Source of the DNA: Lingula anatina
Taxonomy: Eukaryota > Animalia > Brachiopoda
Direction: 5' to 3'
Length of the DNA: 64,000 bases
Assembly: GCA_051362555.1 (NCBI GenBank)
Contig: CM120641.1
Span: forward strand, 9,734,001 to 9,798,000
In this document: piece after piece, positions 14,700 through 27,100 of the stretch
Position numbering within the stretch: the stretch's first letter is position 1
Layout: every line of letters starts with the position of its first letter
Notes under the pieces: model-generated
Seen by the model: the letters and a program-made list of their open reading frames with translations, nothing else
Told to the model about the DNA's origin: nothing
The model's database searches: none
Translations under genes and position numbers: made by a program

Positions 14700-15450
14700 G
14701 CACGTCAATGCTTTGTATGAACAGCCTTCGCCATGTGCAATTCAGTACAAAATTGATATTCCAATCAATGCTAGAATATATCAAAATAATTTAATATGTT
14801 GCAGACTTCACGCTCTCACAAGTACTTTCTAATAACAAAACTTTTAAATAACTTCCGAAAATTCCATCTGCAGCTGTGGCTTTCTGTCACGCTGCCAAAC
14901 TTGAAAAGAAGGACATGCAGTAGACATTTCTCGTTAAAAACTTATTTTTCTTTCGCGGTCACGCGTCTTCGAAAACGAAAGCGAACGTTCGGAGATAATT
15001 GCACGGGAACGCTTTTTGTGGGGAAACGTTAGAAAGTTAAAATTGATTACTGCATCGAGTAGCTTTTTCATACATAGAACTTTTGTTGTAAGGTTTATGG
15101 TATCCAGGTAATTTTATCATTTGAATGTATGCAAAATATTAACATCATACCATAATTGAAACTAGAAACAGTTTTTTTCGCCGGTGCCCCCGAAGAAAAT
15201 AGAGCCAAACAAGTAGTAAAATGTTTGATTACTTGTCACAATCGACAACCATGTGGTTACCTGCATGTGGAAAACGGTCAATTTCATTACAAGTGTTTTA
15301 AAGAATATTTTCACGTGAAAACCGTTAGATAAGCATTTTCAGTGCCAAAATATGTCATCTACGTGAGACAAATGTCAAAGAAAGCACTAAATGGGAGGCA
15401 ACATACAAAAAAAAAACGAGATTGTCCAAATCGAAAAAGAGAACAGGAAA
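14700..15450 (+). promoter_or_regulatory. CpG-retaining patch; probable promoter and first non-coding exon(s) of the formin gene
   Basis: Dense CpG cluster (e.g. TTCGCGGTCACGCGTCTTCGAAAACGAAAGCGAACGTTCGG at about 14950-14990) between two CpG-depleted gene bodies. Candidate splice donors CAG|GTAATT (after 15107) and AAG|GTGAGG (after 15732). The formin ATG exon begins at an acceptor (20034). Confidence 0.55.
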
Positions 15451-18080
15451 CATATGCTCTATTGCTTGCATGTAAATATTTTCATGTCAGATGTTTTGAA
15501 GTAACAGTTGCAGTTAAGGTTGTAACAAGGAGGCAGACAGTATCATTACTAAGATGATTAGTATATCGAAGGCGTTATTTCTAGTACTGGTATTCCTACC
15601 AATAGAATGTTCAACTCCAATAACTGGAAACTTGCCAGTTGAAAACGTTCACACAAAGGAAAGACAAAGAAATTACTCCAATCAAATGACAAAACAGATG
15701 TACAAGTAAGCATTGAGGAAAATGCTGATAAGGTGAGGTTTTTTATATTGAATCCTTTCCTTATTATGTAAACAATTTCAAGTCAACTGCCACTGAATCT
15801 TTTTAACTATAGGGGGAAACGCATTTTAATACTTATCTAATAACACATGTATAATAAACTGGAATTTTATTATGATTTACACTGCTTTGTAATAAATAAG
15901 TCCACTATAAGAAAACAGAAAAAGTCAAAAATGAAGTTAAAGATATATTCGACAATTCTACTTTCTCGTAAACTCTGGTGACAGGAAGTGATAAATGTAC
16001 CTTTTTGTGTAAATCATGATAAATTTTCAAATTCATTACTTGCTAGTAGGGGGAGGTGGGTTGCATTCAGTAACAATGGTTTTAGTAACAAATTAAAAAA
16101 ATAATAACAACTGGTGTGGGTAATATTCGCACACTGTATTAAAATACTGACAAAAATTAGACAACCCTAAAGGGGTATTACGAGATTCATGCCTATATGA
16201 CTGACACATTTTATCCTCGGCCTGAAGTATTTTTTTCACAATCCCTGGTAATGGTATACAAAGGTTTTACAACTTACCTACTATGAGAATGCACTTTTGC
16301 CGTGCTTCGTGTCAAACATTTGACTGTGCTTTGTCACCATATTGTCTCTTTAATCATGGATGTAACTAATTTGAGGATTTTATAAGTGGCAAAAATATCA
16401 AATATGACAAAAGAACATCAAACAATGAAAATCAATGACCTGCAGCAAAAGATGTCATTAAGGTTTTTTTCTAATTTTAATAGCCAGCGACACCAGGAAA
16501 ATACCGGTAGACATTTAATGCATTCCATAGAAGACATTTCCTTAGACTTTAGACATCATTTTTCAAGGCATATTATGCATTGGACGTGTACATTCACACC
16601 CTTTAAAGCAATAAACTTTATTTCTCCCTTTTGAAAACTGCATTTTTATGTAAAGTAAAAGCAATATAGAAGGTATGTTCACAACCTTCCAGGTACTTGG
16701 CCTGAGCAAAAAAAAAAATGGTTTTAAAACTTACTCCTTTTGTTTGTGAGATTCTGTAGATCTGTAAGACCTGATGAAATAGGGATTTTTCAAGTTTAAC
16801 TTGTTGATTTTTCTTTCAGGTACAGCATGATACAGTTATGAAGTACAATCATGTCATCAGTTTGTCATGATTGGCTTTTCCATTTACATGTACCAAGCTT
16901 AAATGACCAACCAAAAAGTGGTCATTTTCTATAAGATGGATGGAATATGATAAGAACCCTTTTCATATTTAATCTTTGGGAGATTATATTGTTAAAAATA
17001 GAAATATGACCAGTGCATTAATTTTGGCCTGCATTGGTGCTCTTTATAATGGTTTGTAGCAGAAAGTGGAAGCATTTTATTGTAAACATCTTTATGTACA
17101 TATATTGGATCAGACATTTCCTTTTCAATTTAGATTATTACAGATATAAAACTAGGTCAGTCTTGGTCACGAAACAGTTGATAAATTGTTTAAAAAGATT
17201 TTCTGAACCTTAAAACATTTTATTTGAAAGAACCATAACTACAGAACTTATATCTTCTGTGCTTGTAAGAAAGATAGATGATACTGCTCAAGGATCTTAC
17301 TTTTATCAATACTCTCAGATTGAACATAAATTTATTATCTCTTTAATGCAGCACCAGTACCCGGGCAAAATTCAATAACATCCTGTACATCCTTAAGGAC
17401 ATGACTCTTTGCATTGAACCACTTCCTAAGTGATCACTTATTATTTTACATGAATTAATTGTGTTTTTAGTTTGGTTTTTCAAATTACATAAGAAAAATG
17501 TTTTGCATAATTTAAATAGTTAAAAGTAAGTTAAGGAAAGTATTTTAAAAATTAAGGCTTAAAATGTGTTTTTCCTAATATTCACTGAAGATTACAAGGG
17601 AGTGTATTGATTGTTGCATGGGGAAGCTTGCTAAGTTCATTAGGTTGGCAGCTTGTATTCCCAGCTGCAAGTCTGAATCTATTCCTAGTCCATATTTTGA
17701 TCATGCAAGAAGACTGATCCGGTTACAGTAAAAAGAGGTAACTTACATTTTCTATGTAGTTGGATGATATATTTTAAGATTTTGCATCATTGTCTTGTTT
17801 GTTTAATGTCATTGTGTTCCTCTTTTTGTGTGAACAAAGAAGTTCCACATAGAGCACAGAATGTGTATATTAATTATAGTTGACAATGAAAAATTATTTT
17901 ACGATATGTCTATGCATATTACATGGAGTTGGGTTCACATGTTCAAGATTACTGCACTGTTGGTTATTAATGTATATGTACAATGTAGTGATTAGCAGTG
18001 CCTTTCACCATTCTCATTTACCAGTAGAATGTGTCATTAATAAACACTGTAATATATGTATAATGTTTTGTAAAATCTTC

Positions 18081-18111
<31 letters not shown>

Positions 18112-20062
18112 GTAAAGAAAAACTAAGAAGTTATAATCATATATGAAGAACTTTTAAAAATTGGAAAATGCTGCAAATTGAGTAAATGTTGCTGATTTTT
18201 GGTAGAAAGCTGTTCTAGGCCAGTCTGGGGTACTGTATGCTGTACACCAAGATAAAACTGTATGTGAGCATACTTGGTGTACACGTATAAATATCTCCCA
18301 CCAAGAGTGCTTGTTTTACTTAATTTAGAAAGAGCTAAAATAGCCTAGGAAAGGCATATTGCTGCAAAAACCCAGGTTTAGTTTCTGTTTCAAGATAATA
18401 TAGAGCAAGAATTGGAAAATTGAAGTGAATTTTTGTCTCAGTTACTTTCCTTTAAATTTTTTATGTAAACTTTTTAATGGTAAAATGATATAAAAGTTTA
18501 GTTATGAATTTATATGAAAGCTTTTTTGCTTTAATATTTACAAAGTTTTACAGCCACATGTTCATAGTTTTTGTGACTGTTTTTTTTTTAATTCTGCTCT
18601 CGCCAGCAACACCAACCAATTATTGAACCGAGCAAATAATTTCTACCTCTCCTTCCATATTAACAAGTTAGCAACTATAAAATTGTTTAGTGTTTTACTG
18701 ATGTTGTAAAAAAATACAACATTACAGTAAAACAGTAATTTTTCCAGCCCTTCTATTCACTACTGTTCAAGCAAACAGTCATGCATATTTCACCACGTGC
18801 TATCAGTCACTAATGGGATCACTAAGTAGGTATTAAATTCCTTACCTAGCAGTAAGTGGCCACTGTTTAATGATCCCAACACTTGAAAATGCAATTAAAT
18901 TACAAGGCAATTGCACATGTCATTCACAGAAGACAGATGTTTTGTCTAGACAGTCTTTAGGGTGTTTATTTATTTGTGTCAAGTGTCATGTAGCGTTATG
19001 AGTAACTTAACAGTTTGGTGAACAGTGTTAGGTTTCAGCTTGGACGAATATGGTTTGAGAAAAAGTGATTGCCCCCCCTTCTACATAGCCCTCTCCATGT
19101 TCACATGCTTTTGATGAAGCATCTCTCAAATATAATGGAAATATTTCAACAGCTGATTTTTGGAGTTTTTATGTGCTTTCTAAACAACCAAGACACATAA
19201 ACTTAAAATAACTCTGGTGTTGAACCAAACACCACTACACGTGAAATAAAACATACTATAAGCTGTATTTCAATCTTCAGCAGCTGCTTGTTTGTAACAA
19301 AATTGATTTGTTAAGCAATTATCATGTTGGCAAGGATAAGCAGTGATATTTTTAGAGACATGTTCTACACACAATTGTGAGGTTTATCCATTTTAAATGC
19401 TGTCATTTGATCTTGCCTCCATTTGTTAAGTACTTCTTTTTATTCATTCAACCGCTGTCATAATGTGTTGTTTTAAAATACTACTAATAAGTCTACTCAG
19501 CAATGATTTGATACTTTGAATTTAAAAAAAAATAATAATATTTGTAATTTTTTTAAAAGGATGTAGCAAATAAATACAAGTTATCCATCAAATCATCTTC
19601 ACTCTCAAGTTGAATTTTAACATCTGTTTTTATTTACCAGCTTTATTGCATTTATGTGCCATATGCATAGTTATAAAATATAAAATGCAGCTGTGTAGTT
19701 ATTAAATGTACACTGTGCTGCTTAATTGAGCAATATCTACATTGATTGCTCATTATGGGGTCAGTAAATTATGCAAAATTATGATCCCATTTCCATGTTA
19801 ATTGCCTGGATGCGGGGTGGGGTGGGGGATGGGGTGTCTGATTAATAATCCAGTTAGGTAATGATAACACATAAGATGTTGTACTGTAATTAATAATCCA
19901 TTTTTAGATATTTCCAGATAGCTTTGATTATGTAGTGGTACATAAATCCCAATTTATAAACATATACAGCAAAATGACACAATAAGTTAAATGCAATTAA
20001 AAAAATCTTAACAAAATTTTTTAATCATCCTCAGGTAGCCTATACACAGCTGGAGCAAAACT

Positions 20063-23000
20063 ATGGGCCAGAAAGGTAGTCACACCCGTATTACTCCTGG
20101 GGACTACCATTTTTCTACCCCAGACCCTAGGACAGCACCCCAGCAAGGCAACACCACCAGCAGAGCTCCAGTGCAACAAGAGTCTGGGCCCAGTTCAAAA
20201 CATGTTCAGAAACCCAGAAGGTCCTCTGACTCCAACATCCTCACAGCAGGGCCAGTGGTGTCAGTACCACCCCGCTCTTTCTCAGATCCCAGTGACAGTC
20301 CATATGTGGTTGAGTCACATAGGACTGTGCCTGCTGCTGCTGCTGTTTCTCCTGTACAGACACGTAGTCTCTTTACTGATGAAAGTGGTAAAAGCATGCC
20401 TGACTGCTCCCACACTTTATCAAACCAGCTAACTAATAGCTTACTGCAGGAAGACCCCAAAGTCAAAAGGGAAGAAAAATGGGATGGAGATGCTGGAGGT
20501 CAACTGGTCAGAGATTTCAGTCATGAACACCTTTCTGTTGGTGACATACCAGTATCAGTAGCCTGTGATGGTCAGGGCTCCGTGTTAAAGCCAGGTCATT
20601 CTAATCCTTATGAAGTGTCAGGCAATGCTAAACAACATTCCAATACACTGAGTGATGTAAGAAGCCAATCAAATCCTCCTACTGCTATAGAATTAATCCT
20701 GGCACACAATGATATAGGACACCCCTTTCAGCCCAACCCCATTCAACCTGGTTACAATGAAAGGACAGAGGAGGCTGGAATGCCTACTAAAACCACCAGT
20801 GCAGAAAATGGAAACATAATAATAGGTAGCACAATAGCACAGCCTAGTGGCTCTGGGCCTGATTTGCTACATGATAATCAGGATATAGATCTTTATACAG
20901 GTCTACCAGAGTGTGTGGGACTGACAAAGGAGGGGACGGCAGCATCAGTTTGGTGTGGAATACCTGTAGTGGCACAGGCTAATGCAGAGCTCTGCAGTTT
21001 TCATTCTAAAAAACACTCATTGTTGAGTCCACACTGCCAGTATCAAGAGAATGACATCAGCAGAACAGTTTGCTGTCAGCATGGAGAGGACTTTGAGCGA
21101 GACAAATTGAAGGAATTTAGTAACTGGGTTCCTTGCACTACTGCATGTGAGTCTAGTAAACAAAAGGGAAAAACTGGCTCTGTAGTTAACCAGGTTAAGA
21201 ATTCCTCAAAAACTTCACTAGCACCTCTCACAAATAGCAGTGAGAAAAATGATGGACTGGGCCAAAGTAAGTACACTGAGAATTTATTGTCATCTGAGAA
21301 AATAAAAGGGCAGTCGGATACTGTAAGTTTTAATAAAACTGCTGCCGGGAGCTCATTTCCTTCCCTTCTAAATGGACAACATGAGAAATGTCTTCAAATT
21401 GAAAGGAGTACAAATGATGTAAATTTGTCTCAGCTGTCAGATGGAGATGGAATTAATGGACATTCTTCCTCTAAAGTGAATAACAGTCACAATGGAAGTA
21501 ATTGTACAACCAAATGTGAAAATTCACCAGTAAGCTCATATTTTAAAATTGACTCTACTGTATTTACTCACGGTCAGCTAAGTGACCCACATGGAAATTC
21601 AACTGGAAGTAAAACCACAGAAAAGATAGAAGAAAATACAACAAGAAAAAAGGCCATAAGAAGAAATCTATTAGGATCTTTAGAGAAGGGGTTAACTGAA
21701 AAAGGTGAAATAATTGACACTGCTCTTAATCAAGACCTTGTACAATATGACTGTAGACATGCTACAGATAGTTTGTTAGAAGATGGAGAAATTATCATGG
21801 ATAGAATGTTGAGTTCAATATCCCAAGGGATGTCTGACCCAGACAGGGGATTTATGGTAGACCGTCAGTCCACAGGGAAGGAATATCATACTGGTATGGC
21901 TCACCTAGAACCAAGAAGACGGTCACTAGAGGTTGAGAAAGATAGGACGCACATTCAGGGTTTAAATCTCAGTCCATCACCAAACTACCCTCCTGAGAAA
22001 GGGTCACAAAATAAATATACCACCAGACGTCAGTCACTTGAATTAGACTGCATGATGCAGGGAAAGAAAAATGGTCTGTCTTCGTCTCATTATGGTCTTG
22101 AAGATATGAGATCTAGGACCCCTGAAGTTTACTTCCCAGAGAAAGGAAATGTCAGTTTGTCATCTGTCAGAAAGTTTGAATCGGTGTCAAATTTAAATTT
22201 GCAAGGACACCATGCCTATAGCTCTTCAGTGACAAGCTTGGTGTCACCTGCGACCTCGAGTGGATTCATTGCAGACAAACTGGACATGTATTCTGAAACT
22301 GAAGCAATGAGATCCACTGCTTATGAGATTATTCGTCAGCAACAAAAACAGCAGCAGCAGCAACATCAGCAGCAGTTATCACATCATCAGCACCAACCAT
22401 CACATCAACAACAAAAGTTGTCATCTCAGGAGCAGCAACATTTACAGCAATCACATCATCCTCCAAAGCAGCAGCAGCAACAACATACACCAATTCAACA
22501 GCAGCAACCACAATTCTCTCAGCATCAGCAACAACAACAGCAAAATAAGCAATCACCACAACAACAGCACCTCAGTTCACATTATCATCATCACCAGTCT
22601 GTGCCAGTGGAATCTCATGACCAGCACTCGCAAAGACATTCACACCATGATCCTTCCAGAGATCATGTACAACATAGTCAGCAACATCAGAAACCAACCC
22701 TCAAAGAAAAACTTAGACAGAAACAAAAGCAGCAACAACAGCAACTTCATGCTGCTCAGCATCATCAAGCCTCTCACTCAAGACAATACATAGACCATCC
22801 AAATGATCGAATTTCTCAGAAATCTCCAGGAAAATCTCCAGAAAATGTGTTTACATTTGAGCGTATGCCAGTCCATGGGGCGTATGGGTCTGTCTCACAA
22901 AATAAAGACAACTTGAAGCATCCAACCAGCCCTGCCCATCAGATCTCACAGGAACAAACTGTAACCCCTGTAGCCAAAAAAAGTGTGAGAGTCACAGATA

Positions 23001-24069
23001 TAGATAAAGTGGAAATGATGTTAGCACAATATACTCAAGAAAAAGAACGAAAAAGAGCTTTAAGTCAAGGGGATACAGAAGACAAATCTATGTTGTATGA
23101 AAAAGAGAATTTGTCAAGCAAAATAGAAGGCGGATATCTTTCCAGTGGTAGTGGTAGAAGTAAAGTTCATGCAAGTGAAAGAGTAATGAAGCATGAGCAA
23201 CAGAGTGTCAGCAGCAGAGCAAGTAGCGAAAGGACAGCAGATAACAATAAAACTCATTCATCCACCCATCTTGAAAGTCAGTACCACCAAGTGCATGATT
23301 CACATTACAAAACTTCTTCCTTTGGAAATGTAGGGGAAATGATAGAACGGCACCCATCAGTACACCATAATGGGAAGAAAAATGGTGACACTAACCACAG
23401 TAATAATGGCCAATATCCGCACATCAATGGGCTCAATCAGATGCAAAATTACAGTAATACTAGTCCAGAGATACACAAACAGAGTGATGCGAAGCTGAGT
23501 GAGTTGGACAGCAGTGTAGCATCAGCTGTGACAAATGTTGTCAACAAACGGTTGGATCCACAAGACCGACCCATGATAGATGGAACAAAAAACAGGGGGC
23601 AGGAGGCGAGGGAAAGGGCGCAACACGCACGACCCTCTGATGGTGCCTCTATGGAAAGTTTTATTGTCTGGCCAAACACAGTGCCAGATAAACTGAACTT
23701 CAATCATCTGGAAAAATTTGAAGGTATGTTTTTTTGTTATCATAATATACTGTTGTGGGGTGGAGATAAGTTTGTTGATTTTTATCTTCTGGGTTTGAGG
23801 TAGTCTGCTTTTCAAGATTCGGTGCATGCCTTTGTGTATTGTGGATGATTGATTCATGTTTTGATTTCTTTCATATTATAAGTTCTTTTTGATTACTTTT
23901 TTTTCAGCTTTTAAGAATTTACATAAAGATGAAAATAGATTTATTTCAGGGTTTTGGGCAAGAATTTGAAAATTTTGATCAGAATAATTTGTTTTTATTT
24001 TGGCATTTCATTTTTTTTTTCAGATCTACAGCATATGTAGTTTTTTATTAATTAATGTGTTGTTTGTTG

Positions 24070-24152
<83 letters not shown>

Positions 24153-27100
24153 ACATTTTGTTTATTTATTTATTACAAATTTACATTAGTGATTTAGTAG
24201 AACAGATGTAAAAGTCTACAGCATATGTAGTTTTTTATTAATTAATGTGTTGTTTGTTTCTTCTTCTTCTTCTTCTTATTATTATTATAACATTTTGTTT
24301 ATTTATTTATTACAAATTTACATTAGTGATTTAGTAGAACAGATGTAAAAGATAATGAAAATCAATGCAAGCACTCTCAAATTCAAAGAACATTATGTTG
24401 TAATTATCAAGCACTGCTCTCTCTTTTATTGTAAACTGTTTGTTAAGGGCATTTTCCTTGTTTGAAACTACAGATGAAATATAATTTAAACTATATGGTT
24501 AATATAGGTTATTATCCTAAAGTTCATGTCAGCAGTATGTTAATGTCATGTTTTCATGTGAGAACATGCCCTGTAATAATCATATTTCATGTAGCATCTA
24601 AAATGGAAAATTGTCCCTTTCATCTTTCCATCTTTTATGATGTGGACATGATTATTTGGGTTCGTGTTGCATATTTTAGTTATGCTAGAGTTGTTTTAAT
24701 CTAGATTCAGGTTCACCTGTCTGTGTTGTAGATATCTAATAAATACAAGTTGGAGAAAAGTTTATTATGTAAAAAGTCAACAAAAGATGATATGATTAAT
24801 TTCACATTCTGTCCAGGGTGAATAATGAATGAGATTTTGAGAATTGGCCAAATAAGACCAAAATATGACTATTGATGCATTCTATTTACATGCCCAGGTG
24901 AAATTGGTAAGAATAGCTTTATATCTGTATCTCTGCAAAATATGTTTTTAAAAATGTTTAGTGCAACTACGTTTGGCTTTTGCATTTGTTGCTTATCAGA
25001 TTTTTTATTCCAGTTGCAAATGAACATAATACTAAAAATAATAGCAGGCTAAAAAGGAGGGGTGGTTTATATCCCAATATTATTGGCAATTAAAGGCCAC
25101 TAATTTTTTGTCTTTTTTTAACTGCTCTTCCAAATTTCTCTTCTAGTTTTCTGATACTAAAAACAGTGACTCTGTCAATGTGGATTTTCTGTTGTTTTGG
25201 CAATATGCATTTTATTTCTATTTTCCCTTTGGCCATTCTGGCTGTGTTAGTTGAGATTGCTTAATCTTGCCTGACAGGCACTGCATGTATCAACCTTCTT
25301 ATGGCTCAAATTGCATTCTGATAAGCTTTTGTTGTTGGCAAAGAACTGCTTTGAAATTACAGTTTAGAAAAAGGGCAGAGATAGATGGTGTATTGATCAA
25401 ACAGAGGGCTTCAAAAACACAATAAAACCATTGGTTTAACGGAGAAAAAAATTGAAAACATTAAGTAATTGCCTGAGCAATGTTTGGACTGATAAAGATG
25501 CTTTTAAAATACTTTCAAAATATCTCTGAGCACTGTTCATTTGTTGATTAATTGTCCTATCTGTAAAGTACAGTCCTCTTCTAGGAAATGCAAGTTAAAT
25601 AGCATTCAGTAGGAATGGTTTAAATGATTGGAAATAAAACACTCATATCTCTGTTACTTATTTAATTTTAATATTTTTATGCCATAATCCCTTCAAGCTT
25701 ACTGCACTTTCCTTGAATAATCAAACCAGCAAACTGATATCTTAACTGCTTGGCCTTTAGTTTGAACACTGTCTATGTGCTAATGGGCTATTGAGGGTGA
25801 ATATTTAAATTTGGTGCTTTTCTGTACTGCATTGCTAAGAGCTACAAAATGTAGGTGTTCACGAGGGGAAAAAACTACTACATTATTTTACCATTAATAG
25901 AGACAACCTACAGGTAATTGTACAGGTTGATCCTTATTCAAGATGTGCATTATTTTTATGCTGGCTCTGTTACAGCTTAGGATACAGCACCATTATGGAG
26001 ATTTTCTACCTTAATTGGAAGCAAAATACCTACATGGTTCTACCAGTCCTGTGGAGAGGTGTATGTTGAGGTATATGAAACATTAATGTAATCCTGGACA
26101 AATGAGGACCCACAGGGGAGTTTTGTTTTTTAAATTGGATGGAATATAGTTCTTGTCTGGCTTGCTGCTGTTCATGCTGAGTGTTTTAGCTGCTGGTATT
26201 TCACAGTTGGATGATTCTGGGATTCAATGTGTATGCAAGGAAACCAGATCTAAAAAGGTGATATACTAGTGTGAATGATGAGGTTGAAGGTAAAGATGAG
26301 GATAAAGATGACAGTTTGATGGTGATGCAGGTGATCATACAGTACAGTTATCATGGCATTTGGTTCTTGATAAGTGAGCAATTTTCTAATTTACCTTTTT
26401 TGTAGATCACCAATATAATAGTTCATAAAAGTTATGTATATGGGCATTTTTACAATCCTGGGCTCCTTTTTTTCCCACCAAGGGTCAAAAATAGAAGTCA
26501 TTATTGTGTTGAAATTTGTACTTTTCTTGAAAGTATAGACCTGAAGGGTATAAGAAATGACAATCCCGAGATAAAACCTTGTGTATGTATAAAGATATGA
26601 TTATTTGAATTTTGAAAATCATTTTTTTAATTTTCATAAGCTAAACCTTGAAGTGTGTGACTTTTGTGATAATTTAAGGTATTGATCTCCAAAAAACCAC
26701 TTAGTTTTACTCAGAGAGTATTGCTCTTTTATGTATTTGCAAAAAAATTGGATGAAAATATCCAAAATTTGATGAATCAATGATATTTTGTAATTTTCCT
26801 GTTTCAGTATTAAATGTGACTCCATGAAGTTTTTGATTCTGAGATATTCTGAGGACTTCTGTTCTTCACTTTACCTTGCATTAGTTCTTTATGTTATGCT
26901 TCATGATGGTGTGAAATATTATTTTGCACAGACATGTGTGCTAATTGCAGTGTCATGTTAAAAAAATGTCCTTTCCGAAACAGGGATGTTTCGGAAAGGA
27001 CATTTTTTTAACATTTATGATATTGTTTTAATATATTGTAGTATTTGAGTTTATAAGTTTTAGGTAAAGTCTATGAATAACTGGGCAAAATAGGTGGAAG

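Noticed and set aside
20063-23803. The 1246-aa ORF as an independent single-exon gene
   Set aside because: A phase-1 donor at 23723 joins in frame to exon 31657 and continues through a DEP-like motif into FH1/FH2, so it is best read as the formin's first coding exon.
24000-24197. Poly-Ile hydrophobic ORF
   Set aside because: It is the translation of an (ATT)n microsatellite.
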